Below are positions 19,540-28,478 of a DNA stretch of 64,000 nt, in pieces. A model generated the notes under the pieces. That model did no database searches. It was given only the letters and a program-made list of their open reading frames with translations, and was not told where the DNA came from. The position numbers were made by a program, and so were the translations under genes. This stretch comes from Waddliaceae bacterium (lineage in GTDB: Bacteria; Chlamydiota; Chlamydiia; Chlamydiales; SLFE01): positions 160,001-224,000 of the forward strand of contig CAVYRW010000004.1 in the NCBI GenBank assembly GCA_963771045.1. The letters are read 5' to 3'. Numbering within the stretch: position 1 is the stretch's first letter; each line of letters opens with the position of its first letter.

Positions 19540-20646
19540 ATGAGCGAGATTTTTACAGTGACTCTGCCCGATATCGGCGAGGGTGTCGTCGAGGGGGAAG
19601 TGATCGAGTGGTTGAAAAAGGAAGGAGACTCTCTCAAGCAAGACGAACCTGTGGTTGTGGTCATGACGGACAAAGCGACTGTGGAACTTCCCGCCCCTTA
19701 TCCGGGAACGCTTTCCAAACAGTATAAAAAGCCCGGCGATATCGCAATCAAGGACAAGCCCCTTTACGATATCGCAGTTGAAAAAAAGCCGACAAAAGAA
19801 GAAACAGCGACTCTTGCTGCCCCCGCGACAAGGGAGCTGGCAAAAGAGCTGGGTGTGGATATCGATCTAATCCCGGGAACCGGGCAGGACGGCCGCGTCA
19901 CCGACTCCGATGTTGTGAAGTTTCACGCCCGCGGCGAATCCAAGCCCGAAAGCTTAGATGATGAAGAAGTGCCGATCATCGGCATACCCCACATGATGGC
20001 CGAAAAGATGGCCGAGTCCAAGCACATCATCCCCCACTTCTCCTTCTTCGACCAGCTCGATGCCGGCCGCGTAATCCAGCTCCGCGAAAACATCGGAAAA
20101 CGCGCGGAAATCGAAGGGTTCAGGCTCACCTATATGCCTTTTTTCATCAAAGCCCTGTCTAAAACACTGACCGAATTTCCTCAAGCGAACGCGTCCGTCG
20201 CATCCGACGCGAAATCCCTCATACTTCACAAGCACCACCATATCGGCATCGCCTCGAAAACAGAAGAGGGCCTCGTTGTTTTTGTCCTTCGCGATGTTCA
20301 AGTCAAGACGCTCGAGCAGATCATCAAAGAGTACGACCTGCTGGCAAAAAAAATGAAAGAGAAAAAACTGACAAGAGAGGATATGGTCGGCTCCACGATC
20401 ACCATCAGTAATTTCGGCCCATTGGGAGGCGTATGGGCTACCCCGATAATCAATTTTCCCGAGGTGGCGATATTAGGGACGGCAAAAATCAGAAAAACCC
20501 CTGTCGTAAAAAACGACGAGATTGTGATACGGTCTATACTCAATCTGTCTTGGAGCTTCGACCACCGTGTCATCGACGGAGACCTCGCCGCGAAGGTCTC
20601 GAATCGCTTCATTCATCTTTTGGAAAATCCCGCCCAGCTTCTTTAG
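19540..20646 (+). CDS. bkdB: dihydrolipoamide acyltransferase E2
   Basis: Lipoyl domain MTDKATVE, E3-binding PATRELAKELG, catalytic FDHRVIDG. Confidence 0.9.
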   Translation: MSEIFTVTLPDIGEGVVEGEVIEWLKKEGDSLKQDEPVVVVMTDKATVELPAPYPGTLSKQYKKPGDIAIKDKPLYDIAVEKKPTKEETATLAAPATRELAKELGVDIDLIPGTGQDGRVTDSDVVKFHARGESKPESLDDEEVPIIGIPHMMAEKMAESKHIIPHFSFFDQLDAGRVIQLRENIGKRAEIEGFRLTYMPFFIKALSKTLTEFPQANASVASDAKSLILHKHHHIGIASKTEEGLVVFVLRDVQVKTLEQIIKEYDLLAKKMKEKKLTREDMVGSTITISNFGPLGGVWATPIINFPEVAILGTAKIRKTPVVKNDEIVIRSILNLSWSFDHRVIDGDLAAKVSNRFIHLLENPAQLL

Positions 20647-20735
20647 ATAACGAGAGTTTTTTGACAAGAAAATCTCTTGCCTGACCTATTCTTTGCTAAG
20701 TTGAATTTATTTAAATATTTTTTAACGTCCGCTCG

Positions 20736-21602
20736 GGCTGTGTTGAATAACTTAAATTTTTAAATTGTCTAACCCAAGTTTTCTTATCTGATAATCATGC
20801 TGTTATCATAGCGTTCAGAATTTGAAGCTTGAGTGAATTCTCAACTCTTTGTCTTTCATATGTTTTTGAAAATAGTCGACCTCCAAAGAGTCGTTTATAC
20901 CTAGAGAAAAAGGTTTCAACAAGCACTCTTCTACTGTAGCCTGTCAGCTTACCCCATAACGATCTGGCTCGCTCATCATTTCCAAGCCCCATTATCTCGA
21001 GTGCTGCATTATCACGCTCAGCTCTATCATACCTTACTTTTGCATTGCGAGGCGGCGGAATTATTGGTTTAGCTCCGCGCTTTTTTATGCTGGTTCGACA
21101 TTTTTGTTTATCATAGGCTCCGTCTGCTTTTACCTCGTCAATCTTGCCATTAATTTGATCAAGCAAGTCCTCGACTACAGAGGAATCACTAATGTTCGAA
21201 TCAGTCAATGATTCTGCAACTACTTCTTGAGTATCCTCATCTAAAGCTACATGGAGTTTCAACCACTTGTTGATCTCTTGAAATACTGAACGCGCAAATC
21301 CTTCAAGAGCACGATAACCAAGGTTAAATCGAATCTTCACAACCAGGAGAAGTTCAATGAGGGCATCGAGATATTTTGTAGGTCTTCCATTTTTGGATTT
21401 TGGCTTAAATTTCTGAATCTCCCGAACGGTTTTTTGATGGATCATGAAAGTTACACTTCCACGTTGAACGAGTTTTCTGTTATATTCACTCCAGATGCGC
21501 TTTTGCATTCGAAACTCCTTGCTGGTTTTGTCGTTAGCTAAGGAGTTTCTTTCTTTTAGGGGATATTTATCAAGTCTTTTCTAGAGGTTTTTCAACACAG
21601 CC
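20736..21602 (-). mobile_element. IS5-family (IS903 group) insertion sequence, internally deleted
   Basis: Terminal IRs GGCTGTGTTGAATAACTT / GGCTGTGTTGAAAAACCT; perfect 9-bp direct repeat GTCCGCTCG at 20727-20735 and 21603-21611. Confidence 0.93.
20795..21508 (-). pseudogene. IS903-group transposase with in-frame internal deletion of about 59 aa
   Basis: WSEYNRKLVQRGS, ADGAYD, GYSRRVLVET present; the IDSTG..GEGEW block of the neighbouring transposase is missing (…QEINK|WLKLHVA). Confidence 0.85.
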
Positions 21603-21686
21603 GTCCGCTCGTTAAAGCTCGCTCAAGACGCAAAGTTTTAGAGAATATTCAAACAATAATTTGAATAAAATTTTATTTAAATTGGT

Positions 21687-21744
21687 GGCGTTGTTGCATA
21701 AATCACCACTGAGACCACCGAGCTCACTGAGAGATTATGAGAGA
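21687..21744 (+). repeat. left extended inverted repeat with three 9-bp CAC(T/C)GAGNN units
   Basis: GGCGTTGTTGCATAAATCAC-CACTGAGAC-CACCGAGCT-CACTGAGAG-ATTATGAGAGA. Confidence 0.85.
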
Positions 21745-21748
21745 GGAA

Positions 21749-22156
21749 TTAAATGATTAGACGCCTAATCCCATTTTTTAGAAGTTTTACATTGAAATTG
21801 ATGAGCAAACCTCTGCCACCACCATTATGCTTAAGATAGGATAGAAGTTGGGCCTCATGAACAGGCAAGAAATTGGCCACAGATTTTATCTCCAAAATAA
21901 CCTTATCTTCCACTATCATATCGATCCGGTAGCCTGAGTCTAGCTTTTTATCACGATAAATAATAGGTACTGGTATCTGCCGGTTAACTTTCAAACCCGC
22001 AAGGTTCAACTCGTAGCAAAGACAAGTTTCGTATGTCGATTCAAGCAAGCCTGGACCTAATCTTCGATGAACTTCAATCGCAGCACCTATGATTTCCCCT
22101 GTTAAAAGGTCATTTCTTTTTTGGTTGGCTTCTTCAGTTGTGTGGGTACTAGTCAT
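21749..22156 (-). CDS. GxxExxY protein (PD-(D/E)XK nuclease-fold family)
   Basis: IIGAAIEVHRRLGPGLLESTYE, YRIDMIVEDKVILEIKSV, HEAQLLSYL, GLLINFN; GGAG RBS upstream. Confidence 0.92.
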   Translation of the reverse strand: MTSTHTTEEANQKRNDLLTGEIIGAAIEVHRRLGPGLLESTYETCLCYELNLAGLKVNRQIPVPIIYRDKKLDSGYRIDMIVEDKVILEIKSVANFLPVHEAQLLSYLKHNGGGRGLLINFNVKLLKNGIRRLII

Positions 22157-22240
22157 CTTTTCTCCAAAAAGGGCGAATGCGAGCTTGCCGACAAATACCT
22201 AATACTCTAATTTTTAGTTGCAACAAATTGGAGGATCAAG

Positions 22241-23185
22241 ATGAAGGCAAAATATCGCATTCGCAACTGGAACGACTATAACAAATCTCTTATTCAAAGG
22301 GGAAGCATAACTGTTTGGTTTTCTGAAGATGCTATCAATAAGTGGATGGCTCCAAAAGAAATAGGAAAAAAGGGGCGTCCAAAACTCTATTCTGATGACG
22401 CTATTCTCACCGCGCTCATTATTCGATCGGTTTTTCATCTTCCATTGAGAGCACTCGAAGGATTTTTGACATCTCTTGTTATGATTTTATCTGTTGGTTT
22501 ATCGATTCCTTCTTATACTCAAATTTGTCGGAGAGCTAAGTTGTTGGGGCAAGAGTTGAAGAAACTTTCGAAAAAAAAAGTCACCAATATTGTAATCGAT
22601 TCAACCGGTTTGAAAGTGTACGGAGAGGGTGAATGGAAAGTTAGGCAGCATGGAATCAGTAAAAGGCGAACATGGAGAAAGCTCCATCTGGCAGTCTGCC
22701 CTGACTCTCACGAAATTATTTTCGAAATTCTTACTGAAAATAACGTTGCAGATTGTGAAGTGTATCCAAAACTTCTCGAGGTAATGCCGAAATCAGTTAA
22801 GCGCACATATGGAGATGGGGCTTATGATACTAAGCGATGCTATGCTGCAAATGTAGTTCACGGCTCAATTCCTATTATTCCACCCAATAGGAATGCTGTT
22901 TTTCGAGAAAACATATCTCCTTCTTGGAAGATGCGGAATATCAGTTTGCTGGAAATTTCAGGTTTAGGAGGTGATGATGATGCAAGAAAATTATGGAAAA
23001 AGTTGAAAGGTTATCATCGTCGATCACTTGCAGAAACAGCCATGTTTAGATTTAAACGATTCTTTGGAAATGATTTAAGAAGTAGAACTCTGGAAACCCA
23101 AAGGGCTGAATCAAGGGCAAAATGTGAAGCACTAAATATAATGACAAAGCTGGGAATGCCTGAAAGTGAATTAATAGCAGCTTAA
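22241..23185 (+). CDS. IS5-family (IS903 group) DDE transposase, apparently intact
   Basis: NWNDYNKSLIQRGSIT, IDSTG, GEGEW, WRKLHL, GDGAYD, GYHRRSLAETAMFRFK; GGAGG RBS. Confidence 0.95.
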   Translation: MKAKYRIRNWNDYNKSLIQRGSITVWFSEDAINKWMAPKEIGKKGRPKLYSDDAILTALIIRSVFHLPLRALEGFLTSLVMILSVGLSIPSYTQICRRAKLLGQELKKLSKKKVTNIVIDSTGLKVYGEGEWKVRQHGISKRRTWRKLHLAVCPDSHEIIFEILTENNVADCEVYPKLLEVMPKSVKRTYGDGAYDTKRCYAANVVHGSIPIIPPNRNAVFRENISPSWKMRNISLLEISGLGGDDDARKLWKKLKGYHRRSLAETAMFRFKRFFGNDLRSRTLETQRAESRAKCEALNIMTKLGMPESELIAA

Positions 23186-23191
23186 ATCAAA

Positions 23192-23250
23192 TCTCTCATA
23201 TTCTCTCTGTGCGCTCTTGTGAGCTCTGTGGTTAATTACGCAACAAAGCC
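23192..23250 (-). repeat. right extended inverted repeat
   Basis: Reverse complement reads GGCTTTGTTGCGTAATTAAC-CACAGAGCT-CACAAGAGCG-CACAGAGAG-AATATGAGAGA; 47/59 identical to the left repeat by manual alignment. Confidence 0.85.
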
Positions 23251-23416
23251 TAAATTGGTAATAAAATTACTTACATTTTCTAAAACATATTAAAAATAAT
23301 TGAGTTAAATTAATTAATAAGTTATAACTATAACTTAGTTAAAAACTTAATGGAGTTGATCAGACAAAATTCAACCGGATTTTTCGGTCATAGATCTTAA
23401 TATTTAAGAAGTCGTT

Positions 23417-24020
23417 ATGGATGTTAAAGGAGTAGGACCTTCATTTCAGCAGAAATTACTAAAGGTTGAAGCACGTATAGATACTCTTCCTTATGAATTA
23501 TTGTTCCAAATTTATTCTTATCTTGAATTTAAGGATCTTCAAAACCTTGCATTGGTTAATACAATAACTGGAGGGGTGACACGAGATAACAAATTTTTAG
23601 GAGTAAAAATAAGCCAAAAAGCCTTTAAAATACTCAGTTTGCCATCTGATGACAAAGAAAAAAAAACGCTGAAAACTTCTTGAATTCAGAAGCACCGCGG
23701 TCGATTACTGAACTCGATCTTTCAAATTTACAAATGACAGATGACCTTATAGATAAGTTGGTCGGCAAATTTCCAAATCTCGTAACAATTAACTTGTCTA
23801 ATACTCAGCTTTCAGCTCAGCAAGTACAAAAGCTTTTAAAGTTAAAAAATCTAAGATTTCTAAATTTATATGTAAAATCGGCGCTGAAGGGGCAAAAGAA
23901 CTTGCCGAAGCGCTGAAAAAGAATAAAACCCTCATAGCACTTGATTTGAGGCTTAACAGCATCGGTATTGAAGAAAAACGTGCTTTAAGAAAATTGGGTA
24001 TCGAAAGATTGATTCTTTGA
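23417..24020 (+). CDS. F-box + leucine-rich-repeat protein (effector candidate), 2 frameshifts
   Basis: F-box IDTLPYELLFQIYSYLEFKDLQNLALVN; LRRs ITELDLSN, LVTINLSN, LRFLNL, and in a third frame KIGAEGAKELAEALKKNKTLIALDLRLNSIG to TGA 24018-20. Confidence 0.75.
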
Positions 24021-24115
24021 CAGCTGAAAGTCACATGTGTTGTTGAGCTTTAACCAATTTATGGCGAAAAATCAGAGCTATTTTGTCCGAAAATTGGCGC
24101 TTTTTCAAGGTTTAA

Positions 24116-24589
24116 CTAAATATGCCGGCCGATGTCTCCCATGATAGGCTGGGTGATGTCGACGAAGTCGGATAAGTCCATTTTCACAACCTCGGTGTGC
24201 GATCCTCCGTTGAAAAAGATTTCGTCATTCTCTTCTATGGCTCTGTCAGCATAGACCTTGAGGCCATAGAGGTTGCCGAAAGGGGGCTCCGATCCCAATT
24301 CGTAATCGGGGAAGATTTTGACAAATTCGTCCTCGCTTGCTAGTTCCAGGTTCTTATCTTTGGTGAGCGCCGAAAGCTTGTCAAAGTCAACAAGTTTTGT
24401 CGAGGGAAGAACCACCATGATAAAGTCTTTGCCGCTTTTTTTGACGATAACGGATTTTAACAGCTGGGCGCCGGGAACATGCTGAGCACCGGCGATCTCT
24501 TGAGCGGTGTAGGCGGCAGGGTGTTCTTTGACTTCATATCGGATTCCTTTTTCATCAAGGATCCCTTTCAGTTTTTTTGATAAGGCCAT
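24116..24589 (-). CDS. YbaK/EbsC-family aminoacyl-tRNA editing protein
   Basis: HPAAYTAQEIA, LLKSVIV, FPDYELGSEPPFG, FNGGSHT. Confidence 0.88.
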   Translation of the reverse strand: MALSKKLKGILDEKGIRYEVKEHPAAYTAQEIAGAQHVPGAQLLKSVIVKKSGKDFIMVVLPSTKLVDFDKLSALTKDKNLELASEDEFVKIFPDYELGSEPPFGNLYGLKVYADRAIEENDEIFFNGGSHTEVVKMDLSDFVDITQPIMGDIGRHI

Positions 24590-24607
24590 ATAATCCTCGC
24601 TAGGGGT

Positions 24608-24850
24608 TTAGCTTTTAAACTTGATTTGTTTGGATTTTGTTTCCACCTTTTTCGGGAATGTAATTTTCATCAGCCCGTATTTAAATAAAGTTTTCTTCTA
24701 ACTATACGATGCAGCTGAAATCTTCCTCAGCGAAAGAAGGGAACCGAAAGAGCGATTCCGGAAGCAAAGCTTTTCCTTCTTTTCTGCAGACATAGCTGCT
24801 CTCCTATATTGCAAATTATAGAGGGAAAGGATTACCTTTCCTTCTTTAAC
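24608..24850 (-). pseudogene. degraded Hsp20/alpha-crystallin gene remnant
   Basis: Manual translation: VKEGKVILSL..SAEKKE..RNRSFGSL...*..FKYGLMKITFPKKVETKSKQIKFKS*, similar to the Hsp20 C-terminal pattern, with an internal stop. Confidence 0.55.
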
Positions 24851-24876
24851 AAGATATAACATATATTTGAATTTTT

Positions 24877-25902
24877 ATGGAGACTCCAAGACTATCCAGC
24901 GACGAGTTAAAAAAGCGCATCAACCACCTGGTCAGCGACTTAGGTATTGACAAAGATTCTTTTGAAGCCCGGCTGCTGGGAGAGATGATCTATACCTGCT
25001 GCAACCTGCACTACGATGAGCACAATACGGCTCAGTTAAAGCTTATCAACCAAAGTTTAAGGGAGTTGCGTTATGCATTCAAGGTGTTTAACCAATATCC
25101 TGCAGAACAGAGATTGAGTATTTTCGGATCGGCAAGGACTCCTGAAGATCATCCCGATTATCTTGCTGCTAAAGAGTTTAGCGAAAAGATGGCAGGGGAT
25201 GGCTGGATGTGTATTACCGGAGCTGCCGGAGGAATTATGAAGGCCGGACATGAAGGTTCGACAAAAGACTCCATATTCGGCCTATCCATACGCCTCACAT
25301 TTGAGGAAGGGGCCAACATTCATATAGAAGGCGATCCCAAACATATTAATTTTAAGTACTTCTTTACACGAAAATTGATGTTTCTCGCTCACTCCGACGC
25401 TGTTGTGGTCTTCCCGGGAGGATTTGGCACGATGGATGAATTATTTGAAGTGCTCACCCTGATCCAGACAGGAAAATCCATCGTAATTCCGGTTGTCCTT
25501 CTCGAAGGGTCGGGGGGTGCTTATTGGAATAATTGGACGCATTATGTCAAAAGCTCTTTGCTAGCGAACAATACAATCAGTGCAGAAGACTTAAGTCTCT
25601 TTTATCAAGCTCCTTCAGTCGATGAGGCTGTAGGCTACATCGAAAAGTTCTATTCCCGCTACCACTCAAGCCGCTATGTCCATGATTTTTTTGTCATCAG
25701 ACTGCGCGCGCCATTAGCAGACGCAGAAATCGAGGACCTCAATGAAAAATTTTCCTCTCTGATCGCCAAAGGGAGAATCGAGCAAACTTCTGCGCTTCCC
25801 GAAGAAAAAGAGTATCAGGACCTTCCCAGGCTGGTTTTCCATTTTACCAGACACCATTTCGGACGTCTTAAGCAGATGATCGACCAGATCAACAGCTACT
25901 AA
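24877..25902 (+). CDS. LOG-family nucleotide phosphoribohydrolase
   Basis: IFGSAR, ITGAAGGIM, FKYFFTRK, FPGGFGTMDELFE. Confidence 0.88.
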   Translation: METPRLSSDELKKRINHLVSDLGIDKDSFEARLLGEMIYTCCNLHYDEHNTAQLKLINQSLRELRYAFKVFNQYPAEQRLSIFGSARTPEDHPDYLAAKEFSEKMAGDGWMCITGAAGGIMKAGHEGSTKDSIFGLSIRLTFEEGANIHIEGDPKHINFKYFFTRKLMFLAHSDAVVVFPGGFGTMDELFEVLTLIQTGKSIVIPVVLLEGSGGAYWNNWTHYVKSSLLANNTISAEDLSLFYQAPSVDEAVGYIEKFYSRYHSSRYVHDFFVIRLRAPLADAEIEDLNEKFSSLIAKGRIEQTSALPEEKEYQDLPRLVFHFTRHHFGRLKQMIDQINSY

Positions 25903-26013
25903 AATGCTTTAAATAAATTCTCAGAAAGTGTATATTTTGCCCTCGACAGTTTTACTCTTGTGAGATATTTTAAGCTCATTCAGGTATAATTATAACAACG
26001 GGTCAGTGAGAGA

Positions 26014-26487
26014 ATGAAGTGTCCATCCTGCCATGGAACAAATTTGAAGGTTATCGACTCCCGAGAAGCGGTTGAAACCAGTGCGATTCGCCGCAGACGA
26101 GAATGTCAGGACTGTCAAAAAAGGTTTACCACGTTTGAAACGATCGAACTTTTGATTCAGGTTCATAAAAGAGATGGACGTTTCGAGGATTTTCAGGAAC
26201 AAAAACTGATCAATGGACTTGACGCTGCCTGCCATCACACGAAAATTAGCCGCAATCAGGTCACTGGCCTCTCTGCGAAAATTACCGCTGAAATTATGCA
26301 GCGCCAAGAGAATGTTATTTCCACTCAGGAGCTTGGTGAGATTGTCATGAGTCATCTTAGGGAATTAGATCCTGTCGCCTATATACGTTTTGCTTGCGTC
26401 TATCGCCGTTTTCAGGATATTTACGATGTCATGAGGGAAATAAAATCGAATGTAAAGGAGGAAATGAATGCCCTTGAAGAAAATTGA
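26014..26487 (+). CDS. nrdR: transcriptional repressor NrdR
   Basis: MKCPSC, VIDSR, IRRRREC..C..RFTTFE, ATP-cone, VAYIRFACVYR. Confidence 0.96.
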   Translation: MKCPSCHGTNLKVIDSREAVETSAIRRRRECQDCQKRFTTFETIELLIQVHKRDGRFEDFQEQKLINGLDAACHHTKISRNQVTGLSAKITAEIMQRQENVISTQELGEIVMSHLRELDPVAYIRFACVYRRFQDIYDVMREIKSNVKEEMNALEEN

Positions 26488-26833
26488 AATTGATAAATTC
26501 AAAAAAAGACTGCAGGATATGCGCAGCCAGCTCACTAAACTCCTTCAGGGATCGACCGAGGAAGTGAAAAGGCCCGATGATGCGACGGGATATTCACAGC
26601 ATCAGGCGGATCAGGGAACCGATGATTTTGACCGTACGATAAGTTTGGAACTGACAGGCAAGGAATTTGAAACTTTGCGCCTCATCGACAGAGCATTGGA
26701 AAAAATCGAAGAAGATACCTATGGCATATGCGATATTACCGGCAAGGAAATTCCCAAAAAGCGGCTTGAAGCTGTCCCTTATGCGACGATGACCGTCGAG
26801 GCGCAGGAAAAGCATGAAAAAGGTTTATTGTAA
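26468..26833 (+). CDS. dksA: DksA/TraR-family regulator
   Basis: HQADQGTD, ALEKIEEDTYGIC, IPKKRLEAVPYA; chlamydial nrdR-dksA-lspA order. Confidence 0.9.
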   Translation: MPLKKIEIDKFKKRLQDMRSQLTKLLQGSTEEVKRPDDATGYSQHQADQGTDDFDRTISLELTGKEFETLRLIDRALEKIEEDTYGICDITGKEIPKKRLEAVPYATMTVEAQEKHEKGLL

Positions 26834-26836
26834 ATT

Positions 26837-27352
26837 ATGCGGAAATCTTTTTCGTGGGGCATCTTCTTTGCCTTTCTTGTCATCACCATGGATCTGATTT
26901 CAAAATCGTATGTTTATCGTGAAATACCGCTGATAACGCATAGCAGCTGGCATTATCCTTATGGGGGAATCGGGATTTTTCAAAATTTTCTGGGGGTCAG
27001 CTTTTCCATTGTCCATGCCACCAACAAAGGGGCGGCGTGGGGGTCTTTGTCTGATTTCCAGATTCCTCTTCTTATTCTGCGGATTGGTTTGGTTGCGGGA
27101 CTATTGGGCTATCTGATTTTCTTCAATAAAAATCGCAAATACATCGTTCCTTTCTGTTTGCTGATCGCAGGAGCGTTTGGCAATGTGATCGATTATTTTC
27201 TTTACGGCGTTGTGATCGATATGTTTAAATTTGTCCTTTGGGGATACCATTATCCCATATTTAATATTGCCGATAGCGCTATCACCATAGGCATCGGCTG
27301 GATGATAGTTGCCTCATTTTTTCAACATGATACCTGTACTGAACTTAAATGA
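26837..27352 (+). CDS. lspA: signal peptidase II
   Basis: NKGAAWG, GAFGNVID, VIDM, FNIADSAI. Confidence 0.93.
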   Translation: MRKSFSWGIFFAFLVITMDLISKSYVYREIPLITHSSWHYPYGGIGIFQNFLGVSFSIVHATNKGAAWGSLSDFQIPLLILRIGLVAGLLGYLIFFNKNRKYIVPFCLLIAGAFGNVIDYFLYGVVIDMFKFVLWGYHYPIFNIADSAITIGIGWMIVASFFQHDTCTELK

Positions 27353-28022
27353 TCAGCCTCCCTTTCAGGCTAGCAAGTGGATGCAAGTTCACGTCCTTCT
27401 GGGCATTGGCGAGTTAAAACGTTTATATGACGATCTCGGCGATTTTTTCTTGGTTCAAATCACCGGAGTGATTCCTCGAGGGGAGGGGGTGGTTTCTCAG
27501 GAGGATTTTATGGCAGTTTATGAGGGTTATATTCAAGAGCTTAAGGATGGCGGGGTTCCTGAAAAAGAAGACTATGGGAGGCTGTTCAGCTTTGCAATGA
27601 CAAGATCGTTAGATGATTTGTACGCCTCATTTGTCGGAGAGGATAAGCAATTGATCCGCATCAGGCGGCCGGTGATTCAGGTGCAAGAGCATACTCTCCA
27701 TTATTCGCCTTTCGACCGCAAATTCCGATCGATGGTTTTGGGATCGGACTGTATTACGTGGGGACTTCAATTTTCACTGCCGCAGCTCTATCACGATCCC
27801 GATAAAAATGAAGCGGTAAATGTCTTCGCATCGAAAGAATATGCCAATGGAGCCCTTTTCCGCTCTTTGCAAAAATGGATACGGCAACATACGATCCCGA
27901 CTCCTTTTGAAGTTGACGGGGAGGTCATAAAAACATCGGTTCGTTTAGGCAAGGATTGCTGCACATGGATCAACTGCCATCCGCAGCTTCAAAAGAAAGG
28001 GATAACTGTCTTATGTCTATAG
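27327..28022 (+). CDS. conserved hypothetical protein
   Basis: About 231-aa ORF overlapping both neighbours in an operon. Confidence 0.7.
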   Translation: MIPVLNLNDQPPFQASKWMQVHVLLGIGELKRLYDDLGDFFLVQITGVIPRGEGVVSQEDFMAVYEGYIQELKDGGVPEKEDYGRLFSFAMTRSLDDLYASFVGEDKQLIRIRRPVIQVQEHTLHYSPFDRKFRSMVLGSDCITWGLQFSLPQLYHDPDKNEAVNVFASKEYANGALFRSLQKWIRQHTIPTPFEVDGEVIKTSVRLGKDCCTWINCHPQLQKKGITVLCL

Positions 28023-28471
28023 AAGAAGATCTGCAAAAAGTTTTTATCGATAAGAAAATAACTTTGAGCGTCGCAGAATCCTGCACAGGGGGAGCAATTT
28101 CATCAAAGCTCACAAAAATCTCCGACTCTTCCCGCTACTTCCTGGGCGGGGTGGTTGCCTATAGCAATTCGCTCAAAGTTGACTTGTTGAATGTGCCGCC
28201 GATGCTGATCGAAAAGACAGGCGCGGTCAGTCCCGAGACAGCCAGGGCCATGCTACAGGGAATTTTGGAGATCACGGCAAGTGATTATGGGATTGCTGTG
28301 ACGGGGATTGCAGGTCCTTTGGGTGGAACTTATGATAAGCCGGTCGGCACAGTTTGGATAGCTGTGGGACGTCGGGGGGAGGATCCCGAGGTTTGGAACC
28401 TGGCCGCAGAAGGGGCTCGCAAGAGCATTATCAATCAGTCTGTGGAAGCGAGTTTAAACGCAAGCTCTTAA
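28013..28471 (+). CDS. CinA C-terminal / NMN deamidase (PncC-like)
   Basis: SVAESCTGG, SRYFLGGVVAYSN, GAVS, TGIAGPLGG..KPVGTV. Confidence 0.9.
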   Translation: MSIEEDLQKVFIDKKITLSVAESCTGGAISSKLTKISDSSRYFLGGVVAYSNSLKVDLLNVPPMLIEKTGAVSPETARAMLQGILEITASDYGIAVTGIAGPLGGTYDKPVGTVWIAVGRRGEDPEVWNLAAEGARKSIINQSVEASLNASS

Positions 28472-28478
28472 ACAAGCC

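Larger units (their letters stand above)
21687..23250. mobile_element. IS5/IS903-group element carrying a GxxExxY passenger gene
   Basis: Ends GGCGTTGTTGCATAAAT / GGCTTTGTTGCGTAATT (reverse complement), extending to about 58-bp imperfect IRs; perfect 9-bp direct repeat TAAATTGGT at 21678-21686 and 23251-23259. Confidence 0.92.

Noticed and set aside
20736..23250. A single composite transposon formed by the two IS elements
   Set aside because: Each element has its own distinct 9-bp target duplication and different IRs, so they inserted independently.
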